A program made the position numbers and the translations under genes. A stretch of 64,000 nucleotides of DNA, from positions 53,865,772-53,929,771 of the forward strand of contig NC_068986.1 in the NCBI RefSeq assembly GCF_001194135.2, read 5' to 3'. Origin of the DNA: Octopus bimaculoides. Taxonomy: Eukaryota. A model generated the notes under the pieces. The model was not told where the DNA came from. It was given only the letters and a program-made list of their open reading frames with translations, and made no database searches. Shown one piece after another: positions 37,501 through 49,241 of this stretch. Positions within the stretch are counted from its first letter, which is position 1. Every line of letters starts with the position of its first letter.

Positions 37501-38685
37501 ACATTATCGTCTACATTATATGTATATATATTTTTTACTATGCATGTATTTACACACACATACATCATTATCATCATTGTTTTAACGTCTACTTTTTTAT
37601 TCTCACATGGTCCGGCCATAATTTGCTGAGGCTGACTTTCTCGGGTCGGGTGCCCTTCCTGTCACCTATTTTCAAGTAAGCTGGTATCCCCATATGAACA
37701 GATATGTTTTCACAGAAGACTAAAAAGGAAGCGTACTGCTTACATGACGGTGGAACTCATTTACATCTATCATGCGAAGGCAAGTAGATAGTAACAAATA
37801 AACATATATATACACACACGCAATAGACTTCTTCCATCTACTAAATTTACTTGTAAGGCTTTGGTTCACCCAGGACTATAGTAGAAGACACTTGCCCATG
37901 CTGCTATGCAGCGTGTCTGAACTCCAAACCATGTGGTTGGGAAGCAAACTTTTTACCACACAGCCATGTATGTATGTGTTTCTGTTTGTCTGTCTGTATA
38001 CATACGTGGAAGATTTCCTGATGTTTTGGACTAAGTCATTCATCAGAGAGGAAAAAAACTTTTCTGTCCTTTGTCTATCCAAGTATGATAATAGTAAATA
38101 GTTAGTTTCTACAAATATGTACAAAAGAGAAAGGAAGAGAAATTAAAAGTGTGATGTGGGAGGCAGAAATTAAAAAAAAATATTGGTTAAGGTAAAGTTA
38201 GAAGTTGAGTCAGTTTGATGTTAAAACATTCATAAGGGGACTTGTGGAGACATAGCTGATATCATCATGGTTTGGTGTGATAAAATATTTCAGAATTCTA
38301 GTATCATTGTTCACTTCACCTTTCATCAGATTTATTTGTGGAAGCTTATGACATACTCTTTTACTTGTTTCAGTCATTTGACTGTGGCCATGCTGGAGCA
38401 CCACCTTTAGTTGAGCAAACCGACCCCAGGTCTTATTCTTTGTAAACCTAGTATTATTCTATCGTTCTCTTTTGCTGAACCGCTAAGTTACAGGGCCGTA
38501 AACACACTAGCATCGGTTGTCAAGCAATGTTGAAGGGATAAACACTATGCCTGTATGAAGTCACTGCATATATATATAACATATACAGAAACTGAAAGAA
38601 CTTTGTTGTGTGTGTATATATATATATGCATATGTAACATACTGTATAATTATAAACAGGGCAAATTTTAACCATTTCTCTGCAG

Positions 38686-38922
38686 ACTGAAAAAAAATAA
38701 TGAACAACCGTAATTGATTTTTGAACCTTATTGGGTTCTCATCAACAGCATCTACATCATTCTGACAGTCTTCCAGCGAAAAAAGCAGCCAAACTGTTTA
38801 TATACTCAACAAATGCAGCAGTTACTCTATGAAAGAGTTCCTAATTTGCATACTGAAAGTGTTTAATACTCTATAAATACTAACGGCCTGTCAACAGGGA
38901 TCTTAGTCCACACAGTATTAAG
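38686..38922 (+). other. Candidate non-coding exon (237 nt)
   Basis: Acceptor catttctctgcAG and donor AAG|GTATGA. Stops occur in all frames. Confidence 0.3.
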
Positions 38923-40039
38923 GTATGATATAAAATATATATGTAACATATGGTATAATTACATAACTTTATATATATTAAGTCATAAATTACAGAGAAG
39001 TAGTTTGGTGAAATTTTATTTAACAATAAGAAAACCTAATATCACAAAAAATTGTTACTTGAATCCATATATTGTGACTTAAATTTATATATATGTATGT
39101 ATGTATATCTATGGTGTTTATCTGTGTCTGTCCTCCACCAGCACTTGACAATTGGTGTTGGTATGTTTACGTCCCTGTAACTTAGTGGTTTGACAAAAGA
39201 GACCAACAAGACTAAGTACCAGGTTTAGAAAATTAAAATAAGTACTGTGGTTGATTTCATTGACTAAAAATTCTTTAAAGCAGTGCCTTGAAGAATTTTA
39301 TTGAAACAAGTAAAAGGAAAAGATAAAAGATATGGCTTGCATTTGTGTTATCATTTTGTAGATGAATCCTAAGGTGGGAAGCAAAGGTGTAAACTACAGG
39401 CTACAAAAAAATCTGATGCTGCTAAATTGTGTCGTCATGTATTGTGCCTGTGTTTCTGTTTGTGTGTGTGATGAGTGAATGAATTAAAATTGAAAACATA
39501 AAGCCAACTCAATGAAAGAAAATACTTGTGGCTGGGTGATAAGCCTGGAAAATACATTTATAGAAACAATTAAAAAGTTGAGATGATTAATTACAATTTA
39601 AAATAAAATTGATGAATAAAATGATCCATTACTTGAAAGAAGTAATAAAATATAAAAATTGTCCATGACATGGACTGCATACATAAACCAGAAATTACTG
39701 TTGTAATACTATGGTTAATACTATGTTGTAATGCAATCTTTAATGGTTCTTGTTATCTTCATACAAGCCGTATTAAATAACCAATACTTATTTGTCTCTT
39801 ATCAATTTTCTTAATTTTTTATTCCATAATTTGACCATAGCTCAAGGAATACTAACAATGAATTTTGTACAGAGATGGTGATTCTGCATTTATTGTATTT
39901 TCTGTCCTTCAAACATCTCATGTAATAGATGATGGTTCTACTGTATGGCTTTTGAGTATGACTAGTAATTATTGCATTGTAGTTGGTTACTGATGTTTCT
40001 GTTTGAAATGAAATAGCAAGGGGAAGGGGAAAAAGTGTA

Positions 40040-41230
40040 GCAGCTGTTGATCTTTTCTTGACTCAGACTGTAACTTCATCAAAGAGAGGAGTTGTAGAAA
40101 ACTGTCTTACGAATGGAGACCACCCCTTCCACGAAAATCTGCAGGAAATGTGCATCATTGCATATCTGCACAGCAGGGCCACAGCATACAGAGCCTACAT
40201 TCCAGAGGGCACTGGCAACATGGACTGCTTGACCCATGTGGAACATATCCCTTCCACAAGAAGCAGAAACGCTGATGCTCCTTTCTGGCTTAAAAGAGAC
40301 TGTAGCAATGCACAAAGGTCAGGTGATAAGTTATGACAGAAAGAATGAAAGCTTTCACAATCTATGCTCAAGCTTAACTTTCTCTCAGTCCATTTCTGAT
40401 TCAGACTGTGTTGTAACCTTGTCCCAGGTCCTGTCTACCTGGTGGGCCAAACCAAACTAGATTTCAAGCAGTGACCTACTATGCAGTTCAGTAGCATAAA
40501 CCTGCCTCTCCAAGTGCAGAACACAAGTCCACTGACTTGTCCTGATTTATCTTTGCTCCTACCATTATCTTGTATTCCTTTAGAATGGAACAAACTATAG
40601 TGTCAGACACCATTATGATAATGTCATCTGCATATGCTGACACAGCTTTCCCACATCTCAGCTCAAAAAAGATGCCCCATAAGAAAGAATTCTAGCTTCT
40701 GCAATAATGGCTCAAGTGCCGGTGTCTATAAAAGAAATGAAAGAGGACACTCCTGACAGACTAAGTATGTGATATGGAACAATTCCAAGAGATGGCTGTT
40801 CACTTTGACCAACAAGCAAGCATCACTATGCATTGTTGTGATCCATCCTATGGAAATGGGTTCAAAATTGTCTGCTTTTAGGGCTGCTGCTAGATGGTTG
40901 ATACTCTCAAAAGCTTTTGATTGATCAATGCTAAATTTGTTACCCACTCCCAATTTGATGTATCACATGAGGTGGAGGTTGTTGTAGATGAATCTACAGG
41001 GAACTGTACATGTCTGTGCTTCCCTGGCCACACCACTGACGAGCACTAGCCTTTTTGCTAACACCTTGCCCAAAATCAAACTCTGCCTTTAACAGAGTTA
41101 TGGGCCAGAGATTACCTATAATATCCCCTTTATTGACCTTTCTCAGCAGTGCTAACATGCTCTGGTTCACACAACTAGAAATTCTCTTGCTTTGTTGCCA
41201 GTAGTGATTGACTTTTGCCAAGAGGCTGTC
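40040..41230 (-). mobile_element. Degenerate L1/Tx1-clade reverse transcriptase fragment
   Basis: NLWPITLLKAE, IDQSKAFESINH and ...VCQECPLSFLL resemble the RT motifs WRPITLLN, DQ.KAFD.V.H and RQGCPLSPLL. Confidence 0.75.
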
Positions 41231-43020
41231 AAACTAATCTGGCATATAAAAATAAAATTCATAGGGCAAACCATCCAAACTGAATGATTTATCCTTTGTG
41301 CAAATTCTCAATATTTCCTGTATCTCACTCTTACTGGCCTTTTGGAGTTATTGAAGATCTAGTGATTATACCAGCTCTGCTTTTTTTTTTCTTTCTTTAA
41401 TTTAATTGTGCTAACAATTGGCTTGTTTAAATTAAACTGTTTTGCAGTTTCTCTTGTACTTTTTTCATTTCCAGATAATTGACATATTTGATATTTGAAA
41501 TTTAATTATTCAATCTTTCTTGATTTCATTTTTTTTCTCATTCCATTTATTGCACCAACCTTCTTTGCATTTTTCCATGTTTTTTTCTTTATTTTCTCAA
41601 CTGTCCAGCGTCCTTAGTTTTTAAACGATATATATAATGCATAAATGGAGCCTGAAAGATAGCTTTTAGATACATGCTGTATTTTATAAATATTCCTGCT
41701 CAAGTATCATAAAAGCATGACACTAATAGTAGCCCTTTTGGTTGTGTATTAAATTGATATTTATCTCACTGGATAGAGTACTTTTTTTGCTGATTCTACT
41801 TCTACTGGATCCATCCATCCATCCATCCATCCACCGACCGACCGATTGTATCTTATCTTTTACTTGTTTCAGTCATTGGACTGTGGCCATGCTCGGGCTC
41901 TGCACTGAAAGGTTTAGTTGGATAAACTGACCTCAGTACTTTCTTTTCTTAAAGTCTGGTACTTATTTTATAAGCTTCTTTTTGTCAAACTGCTAAGTTA
42001 TGGGGACATAAACACACTAACACTGGTTGTCAAGCAATGGTGGGAGACAAACACATAAACATATACATATATATGATGTTTCCATTTACCAAATCCACTG
42101 ACAAGGCTTTGGTTGGCCCAGAACTACAATAGAAAGTACTTTCACAAGGTGTCAATCAGTGAGACAGAACTGAAAACCATGTGGTTGGAAAGCAAACTTG
42201 TTACTAAACAGCCTCACATGTGATTGAATGTGGTCTGTAAGCAGAAAAGAAAAAATAGCACATAAATATATGAAACAGTGAGGCTGTATGATTTAATAAT
42301 TATCATACAAACAAATGACTTTATATAACTGAATTTTGTGTAAGACTGAGTGGCTTATATTTATCAGATGCACATGTTTAAGATCTATGGATGAATATTG
42401 TGGAGAAAGTGAATCTTCCAAAGCCTTTTGGGAAAATGGATACAAAAATTTCATTAACATTTTCCTAATGAAAAAAATTATTGTGCATTAATAGTGCAAG
42501 AATGGTAACTCATGGTTTAGGACAGAAGAATTGTTTCTTAGTTAAGAGAAAAGAAATGAGAACAGATCTAGAAGTGTAGAGAGGCACAAAAGGCAAGAAA
42601 GAGATAGAATAAAGAGGAAAAAACAAGAAGCAGAAGAAATGAAGAGAGAAGGGAGGTGTAAAAGAGGAAATGAGAAAGAGAAGGATGAGTGTGCAAAGAG
42701 GTTATGATGTAATGAGTAATGGAATGAAGAAATGGAGTGCACAGAGAATCGACTGAGAAGCAATTGGAAAAAGGTACATTGGTGTTTATTCAACAAAGCT
42801 TGGACTAGTATCTGAGAATGTACTTCTGCTCATGCAAGCAATGTTTATGGTCTCTGACATGGTATTTAGATACATCCTGGTTGTGAAGGAGCTCATAAGT
42901 ATCCATCTCTTCTCTGCTAAGCACTGTCCATATCTGCCACTGTTGGAAGCTATCTTATTAGATAGATGCAAGTGATGTAATTAGCAGCCTTATCCTTCAA
43001 ACACTATGTGCTTGACCAGT

Positions 43021-43239
43021 ACTCTTTTACTTGTTTCAGTCACTTGACTGCGGCCATGCTGGAGCACCACCTTTAGTCGAGCAAATCGACCCCAAGACGT
43101 ATTCTTTGTAAGCCTAGTACTTATTCTATCGGTATCTTTTTGCCGAACCGCTAAATTACGGGGACGTAAACACACCAGCATTGGTTGTCAAGTGATGGGG
43201 GGGGGGACAAACACAGACACACAAACATGCATACATATA

Positions 43240-43284
<45 letters not shown>

Positions 43285-43460
43285 ATATACATATATATGA
43301 CGGGCTTCTTTCAGTTTCCGTCTACCAAATCCACTCACAAGGCTTTGGTCGGCCTGAGGCTATAGTAGAAGACACTTGCCCAAGGTGCCACGCAGTGGGA
43401 CTGAACCTGGAACCATGTGATTGGTAAGCAAGCTATTTACCACACAGCCACTCCTGCGCC
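43021..43460 (-). mobile_element. Full-length SINE family A
   Basis: Head GGCGCAGGAGTGGCTGTGTGGTAA (A box) ... GGTTCAGTCC (B box), central (TA)n/(TG)n, tail aagtaaaagagta. Other copies lie at about 33440-33800, 34535-34850, 37850-37970, 38355-38530, 41850-42210, 58520-59470 and 60670-61050. Confidence 0.85.
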
Positions 43461-45469
43461 TATAGTGATGTATAGTACAGTGATGTTTTGTTTCTTGTAG
43501 CACCCAAATGATGTGATATAGTTGTGTATGCATTTCTTGAAGGGCTCCTTTATCAATCCAGTATAGCACTTTATGCTGGATACATCGTTCAGCCCTAAAA
43601 ATCTTACTTCTACCTCATACCCAATGGCCTCTGTGTTTTGTAATAACCACCAAGTGGGCAAGTGATAGAATTTTCAAGAGCAACTGATCTCAGAGCTTGG
43701 AGTGAGCTTGTGTGAAAGGTTATTCATGTTGGCTATAACATCAGAGATTGATGACAACACATTTTTCACTTTTTGAAACCAAGTTTTTGTGACACTGACT
43801 TATTTCTTTTATCAAATTTCACAGGTTTTTTTAGGTGGAGGTGCAGAAGTATACATTTTAGCTCTTAAACTTATTTCTGCCAATAAATGGGAATAATTTT
43901 GATGGCTTTCATGGAATGTATTAACCGTAACTACTGAACAGACTCTTAAATATGTATTATTAAAATTGTCCTAGAATTTGAGACTTCATTTAAATTGGGA
44001 GTGTGTAAGATTAGCACCTTGATCTTTATCCTTTGTTACTATTGCTTTTTTTTCCCCAAAGAAATGGTGCATCTTTGTGTTGTCATTAAACTTTAGGTCA
44101 GTCCTGATCTGACAGATCAATGATCAAAGGCTTTCCAACCATGACAGTCTTAACTGATTTTTCAGATATCACTTCATTCAGCAAGTATGACCACATTATC
44201 CATAATGACCTTTCTTTTTCATAGAGTAGCAGGGATTCAAACCCTAATTGCTTGATATTTGCTTAGGCACCATGAGTGAACCAAAGTTTCATATGATTGA
44301 TGTATAAACTGACCAATCAAAGCTGTGGCATGATATGGTTTTCTTGAATTTAATCTCTTGTCCCCTATAAAAACAGTTTGGCACTTTAACTTGTCACAGA
44401 GTGTTGAGGGCAGCCGACTAATTCACATGCTTTATCTCTTGCCAGGCAGAGCCCAGATAGCTGACTACTGATGCTTCTGAATTTTGCATAGAATATTCTT
44501 GACTCTTGAAGAGATAGCTTCATACATTCATAGAACAGTTTTTCTCCTTTTCAGTCAGCAATTATTAATATTGTTCATTGTAAAAATCCAACACCAAATA
44601 TCATTATGTCTGGTGATAAAGTTAAATTTGAGTTAAATGTCTGTGAGTTTGCTTCAGTTATTATTCACAAAGCATGCACATTTCACATGTACACCATAAC
44701 AATGATAATTAAGCCATCCACTTCAAAAGTGGCAACTTAGAGCTTGAAGTATATCATCATTGACCAGCTCAACAACACAAGCAACAAGCAAACTTTGCGA
44801 TGATAATATAAGCTCTGATTTCAATGAGATCTGGCTGCTATTTCTAGCAGGTAGAGGTTTCCTCTTTTACTTGTGAAGCTTTATGTACTGTTGTTTAGAC
44901 CTAGGTCAATTTGATTTGAACAGATCACTGCAACCATGATCTTTTAATTTTTTAGGTGTGTGTAGGATATTAGCTGTGTTCTGTCTTTCTATGCAACTGT
45001 AGTGTGTAAGTTAATGAAGCTTTGGTTTCTAGTTCTTACTAGATGACAGACAACACAAATGCTCCCTTATTTTAGACTAATCAGTCACACTAGGATTTAT
45101 GTGTCACTGTAGGTTGACAGATGCAAAGCCAGTGTTAAAGCAAAAGTAACAGTAAAAATTAGTTTTATTTACATAAAGATTGAATCTCAATTTAATTACA
45201 AGGAAACAAAAAAAGGGAGGGCGGATTAAGCAGCAGAAGATGGGGTCAGGGAATAAACTCTAGAACAAATAATGTATTCAGCAGTGCCCTACAGACATGA
45301 CCACAATAGTGTTACTGAGGGAAATGGCCAGCAACTCCACCTTACAGGGCTCATTTCACAAACAGGCTGCAGTTATTCAGATTTTTAGAGGAAATCAACA
45401 ATGCAGGGTCCGAGAACAGCTGAGGTCTTAACCAGCATAAACTAATAGCAACCAGTCGGGTTTCTATAT

Positions 45470-46170
45470 TCATTTATTTTTCTCTCCTCTGCATTATGGG
45501 TGGTGATACCTGGGTTTGTGGCCAATGCAGCAAAGTTGGAGCCAAAGAACATGTTGCTGCACACAACATACAAGATTAGGGATCTACCTCCCTTGTATGA
45601 GTAGCAGGTTATTCTGTTGGTGCGTTTACTATATCTGCAGTTGAGACTTATTGGCTCCAGTTGATATGAGAAGCCAGCTGTGTCAAGGACCCTTCAGAAT
45701 ATGTCATTCAGAGTGATATGTCGGGGATACTGGCCTGTGCTATGGATGCTGGCTGAATTCATCAACTACTTCTCCACCATAGCAGTTGTGCTGCTCACAC
45801 ATGCAGAGACCACGGCACTGGGCTACTGATACAAGTGTACTCGTCAAGAAGGGTATCAGTAGGTGAGGAAGACACCGAATTAAGCCACGTGCAAAATGGA
45901 AAGGAGGCAGGCGAAGCGGTGCTGGTCTAAGGATGTCTCAATCTGTCCAAAGGCAATCTTGCATCTGATGTCGTCCCAATTACGTAGAGCATCTGTATTC
46001 AGTGGGACAGCAAGGCTTTCAGCGGTCCAATTAGCTACGGCTGACTCTAGTTCCTGGGCTACATCGGGTTCTATCACCCCGTAGTGTTTCGCCGATGAGG
46101 GTGCGGCTGGAGGAGATTGAGGAAAGATAGGCAGCCAGAGCCAGGTCCAATGCGGAACGGAGGCCAAGGC
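45470..46170 (-). mobile_element. Second degenerate CRE-like RLE retrotransposon fragment
   Basis: ...HRFACLL... then PRHITLNDIF*RVLDTAGFSYQLEPISL...GRSLILYVVC, the same family pattern as 14940-15790. Confidence 0.6.
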
Positions 46171-46199
46171 CACAACCTTAACAGTGCCAAAACTGACGT

Positions 46200-47100
46200 G
46201 AAATGTGAAAAATGATTGATGACCTTATGATCTGTATTATATATTTTGGCTTCACTATCAGTCACGCAAATATACGGTAACTGAAACCAAAGATCGCTTA
46301 TTTTTTAATATTAGAATGCACTAAATGCAGTAGGGTACAGAGTACTCAAATATATTTAATTGCCAGTTTACCAGTATATGGAGTTCGGCGGCTTAATGAA
46401 TTAAGAACGAAAGTAGAGTATTATAATGAACATACTTTGAATACTGAATATTTTATGACTATAATACTTACAGATGATGTAAAGGAAAATCGGCTGATAA
46501 ATCGCCCTGTTCGAGCAATCACAGAGAAGTTTTAGTGATGTGGTGTTTTTATTTAGTTTTGTGTTCCTGATTTTTCGGTATATCTGTACACAGTTCTATG
46601 TAAGTACTACACTAATTATACGAATGAAACCATCATTTCATGATTTGCGAGCTAATGAAGCACTCGAAACTCGCACTAAATTTTGCTCGTGACCGAATGT
46701 ATACAAATAAAGAACATAAACAAAACCTCATCATCTTGAGCTTTCTGTCAGTCAATTTTGGCGCCAGTATCCATAGCAACAACCATAGATTCGTATTAAA
46801 AAAATGTGATTTAAAAAAAAGTTAATTTTCTATATTTTCGAGAGAAATGAAAAAATATCTCGTAGTAATTTAGAAATATTTAGGATATTATGTAATTTTT
46901 ATGTTGTAAAATATTCCTAAGGCTAAGTCAATAACAATGTATTCGAAAAGTTGCTAAGAATAAATAGAATATGTCTCCAATGCTACTGAACGATACTATT
47001 TGTGATGTCTTCGAAGGTAAGAATAAGCCAAAAAACACAACTCGTTCTCTTTATTTGTTTGCTCAGACAGACTTCGTGTTAGGACAACAAATCAAACAAA
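46200..47100. promoter_or_regulatory. CpG-rich, probably bidirectional promoter with E2F-like and RFX X-box motifs
   Basis: TTTTGGCGCC at 46756-46765 and GTATCCATAGCAAC at 46767-46780. Donor GAAG|GTAAGA at 47016/47017 (+) and TCT|GTAAGT at 46472/46471 (-). Confidence 0.45.
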
Positions 47101-47225
47101 ACTGTTTTAACAGTTAGATATTCCTCTTTATCTTTTCATTGATATTCGCTTCTCAGTAGACATTCACCCTGGTCCTTGTTGTTGTTGTTGTGTAGTCCCT
47201 ATCACCCTTGTCAAACAGCTAACTA

Positions 47226-49241
47226 TCGTATTTACTAATGTATAATGCGAGAAATTTACTATGAGAAAATATCAGGGTCAAAATTAGGTGGGTAGCATTA
47301 TACTCGAGTGTTAGAAATATGTATAAACGTAAAAACAAACGTGAAATTTGAAAGTCGTATTCCTGAGACGTCGAACGATATATACACACACACGCTTAAT
47401 TGTGGCTATGAAACATCGTATGTGTAGTGAATACATTCCAGTGGCAGTTATTAATTCAGTGAGCACACTGGTGATGTGTTGTTTACAATCTGTCAAAAAG
47501 TGATGATTCAATTAAAAAGCTTACTGTTCAGAACTTGAAAGTTATATTACTGACATACGTTGGTAATTTTAAAAACAATTTCCATTCTACAGCCTTATGA
47601 TTAAAAGTATGGATTCCAAAAAAAGACGTATTGCTTACAGTGCAGAATTCAAACTCACTGCCATAGAATTTGCTGAAAAGAATACCAACCGTGCAGCCTC
47701 TAGAAAATTCGGTGTTGTTGAGAGCAACATTAGGCTATGGAGAAAGGAAAAAGCTCAACTGCAGAAAATGCCAAGTTGTAAACAATCTCTAAGAGGAAAA
47801 CAGGCTCACTATCCAGAACTGGAAAAAGAATTAGCTGAATGGGTGGAAAACAAAAGAAAAAATGGATATATTGTAACAACACTGCATGTAAAGTTACAAG
47901 CAAAGAAAATGTCGCAAGATGAGAAATATGGAGTTTGTCAATCTTTCAAATTTTCAAATGGCTGGTGCCAGAGATTCTTCTCAAGATATTCTTTAGCTCT
48001 ACGCCAGAAAACAAAAAATTCACAGAAGCTTCCTACTGATTTGGATGAAAAAATTGTGCAGTTTTATAGTTTTATAATAGAATTGAGAAATCAGCATGAC
48101 TTTGATCTGAGTCAAATTGGGAACATGGATGAGATACCTTTGATTTTTGACATGTCAGGGACCAGAACACTGGGAAGTAAAAATATCTATGTGAGAACAG
48201 CAGAACATGAAAAAAATCATTGTACTGTAGTTATGTGTTGTCTAGCTGATGGAACCAAACTAAATCCCATGGTTATTTTTAAAAGAAAGACAATTCCAAA
48301 AAGTGTAATATTTTCTTCTGGAGTTATTGTTCACTGTCACCCTAAAGGCTTGATGGATAGAGAAGGGATAGATGTATGGCTGAGAAAAGTTTGGAATAAA
48401 CGACCTGGAGCACATTTAAACAAACCTGCAATGTTGGTGTGGGACAAGTTTAGAGCTCATCTTACCGAGCCAGTGAAACACATATTGAAAGATATGAAAA
48501 CATATCAAGCTGTTATCCCAGATGGTTTGTCAAGTATTCTTCAGCCCCTTGATGTTGTTTTGAAGAAACCATTTAAAAATGAAGTTAGAAAGCACTGGAT
48601 GTCCTGGATATCATCTGATGAAATGGGAAATACAACAGGTGATAATCTCAAAGAGCCTGACCTTGCTACTATTGTTACTTGGGTTAAAATAGCTTGGAAT
48701 TCTTTACCTGAACATATGGTTTCCAAGAGCTTTTTAAAAACTGGCATCAGTAATAAACTGGATGGAACGGAAGATTACCTGCTATGGAATTGCCAAGATG
48801 CAACTTTAGGCACCTCTACAAGTTTAGATGAAGAAGATGATGAAATGATAGGACAGGACTCTGATGAAAAGTTAAATGAAGAATGTTTGCTGTTAGTTGA
48901 AGAATCAGATGATGAATCAAACTTTGATGATTTTTAATTGATAAGCTCATTATATATATGATAACCTTTTCTTTAAACTTAAGCTACAACCTTCACTCAG
49001 TAGCTTTTAAGCAATTTTTACTGAGCAAAAACAGGAACCATGCTAGATCTTATTTTAATTTTTCTGTTTTATGTGTTTTAACATTTGCAGTGAAAATATA
49101 TTGGTTTCTTAAAAAGTCTAAATAACTATGGTTGTACTTGAGGTTCACATTATAAAGAGCAAAAATATACTACTGATTGTCACCTACACAAAGTTGGGGT
49201 TGCATTATATTCAGGATCACATTTTACTTGTGTGAATATAA
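47226..49241 (+). mobile_element. pogo (Passer-like) DNA transposon, about 2.0 kb, with decayed TIRs
   Basis: TA|TCGTATTTACTAATGTATAATGCG versus CACATTTTACTTGTGTGAATATAA|TA: 16 of 24 TIR positions match, and TA flanks both ends. Confidence 0.75.
47597..48937 (+). CDS. POGK-like pogo transposase (Brinker-type DBD, CENP-B HTH, DDE_1 DD35D), 446 aa
   Basis: AYSAEFKL..AASRKFGV..NIRLWRK; HYPELEKELAEWV..FKFSNGWCQRF; catalytic NMDEIP, VWDKFRAH and QPLDV with 35 residues between D2 and D3; acidic tail. Uninterrupted ORF with acceptor ttccattctacAG at 47591-47592 just before the ATG. Confidence 0.9.
   Translation: MIKSMDSKKRRIAYSAEFKLTAIEFAEKNTNRAASRKFGVVESNIRLWRKEKAQLQKMPSCKQSLRGKQAHYPELEKELAEWVENKRKNGYIVTTLHVKLQAKKMSQDEKYGVCQSFKFSNGWCQRFFSRYSLALRQKTKNSQKLPTDLDEKIVQFYSFIIELRNQHDFDLSQIGNMDEIPLIFDMSGTRTLGSKNIYVRTAEHEKNHCTVVMCCLADGTKLNPMVIFKRKTIPKSVIFSSGVIVHCHPKGLMDREGIDVWLRKVWNKRPGAHLNKPAMLVWDKFRAHLTEPVKHILKDMKTYQAVIPDGLSSILQPLDVVLKKPFKNEVRKHWMSWISSDEMGNTTGDNLKEPDLATIVTWVKIAWNSLPEHMVSKSFLKTGISNKLDGTEDYLLWNCQDATLGTSTSLDEEDDEMIGQDSDEKLNEECLLLVEESDDESNFDDF

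Noticed and set aside
42786-42971. Short coding-like segment open on both strands
   Set aside because: No convincing splice pair or recognisable family; probably a repeat remnant.
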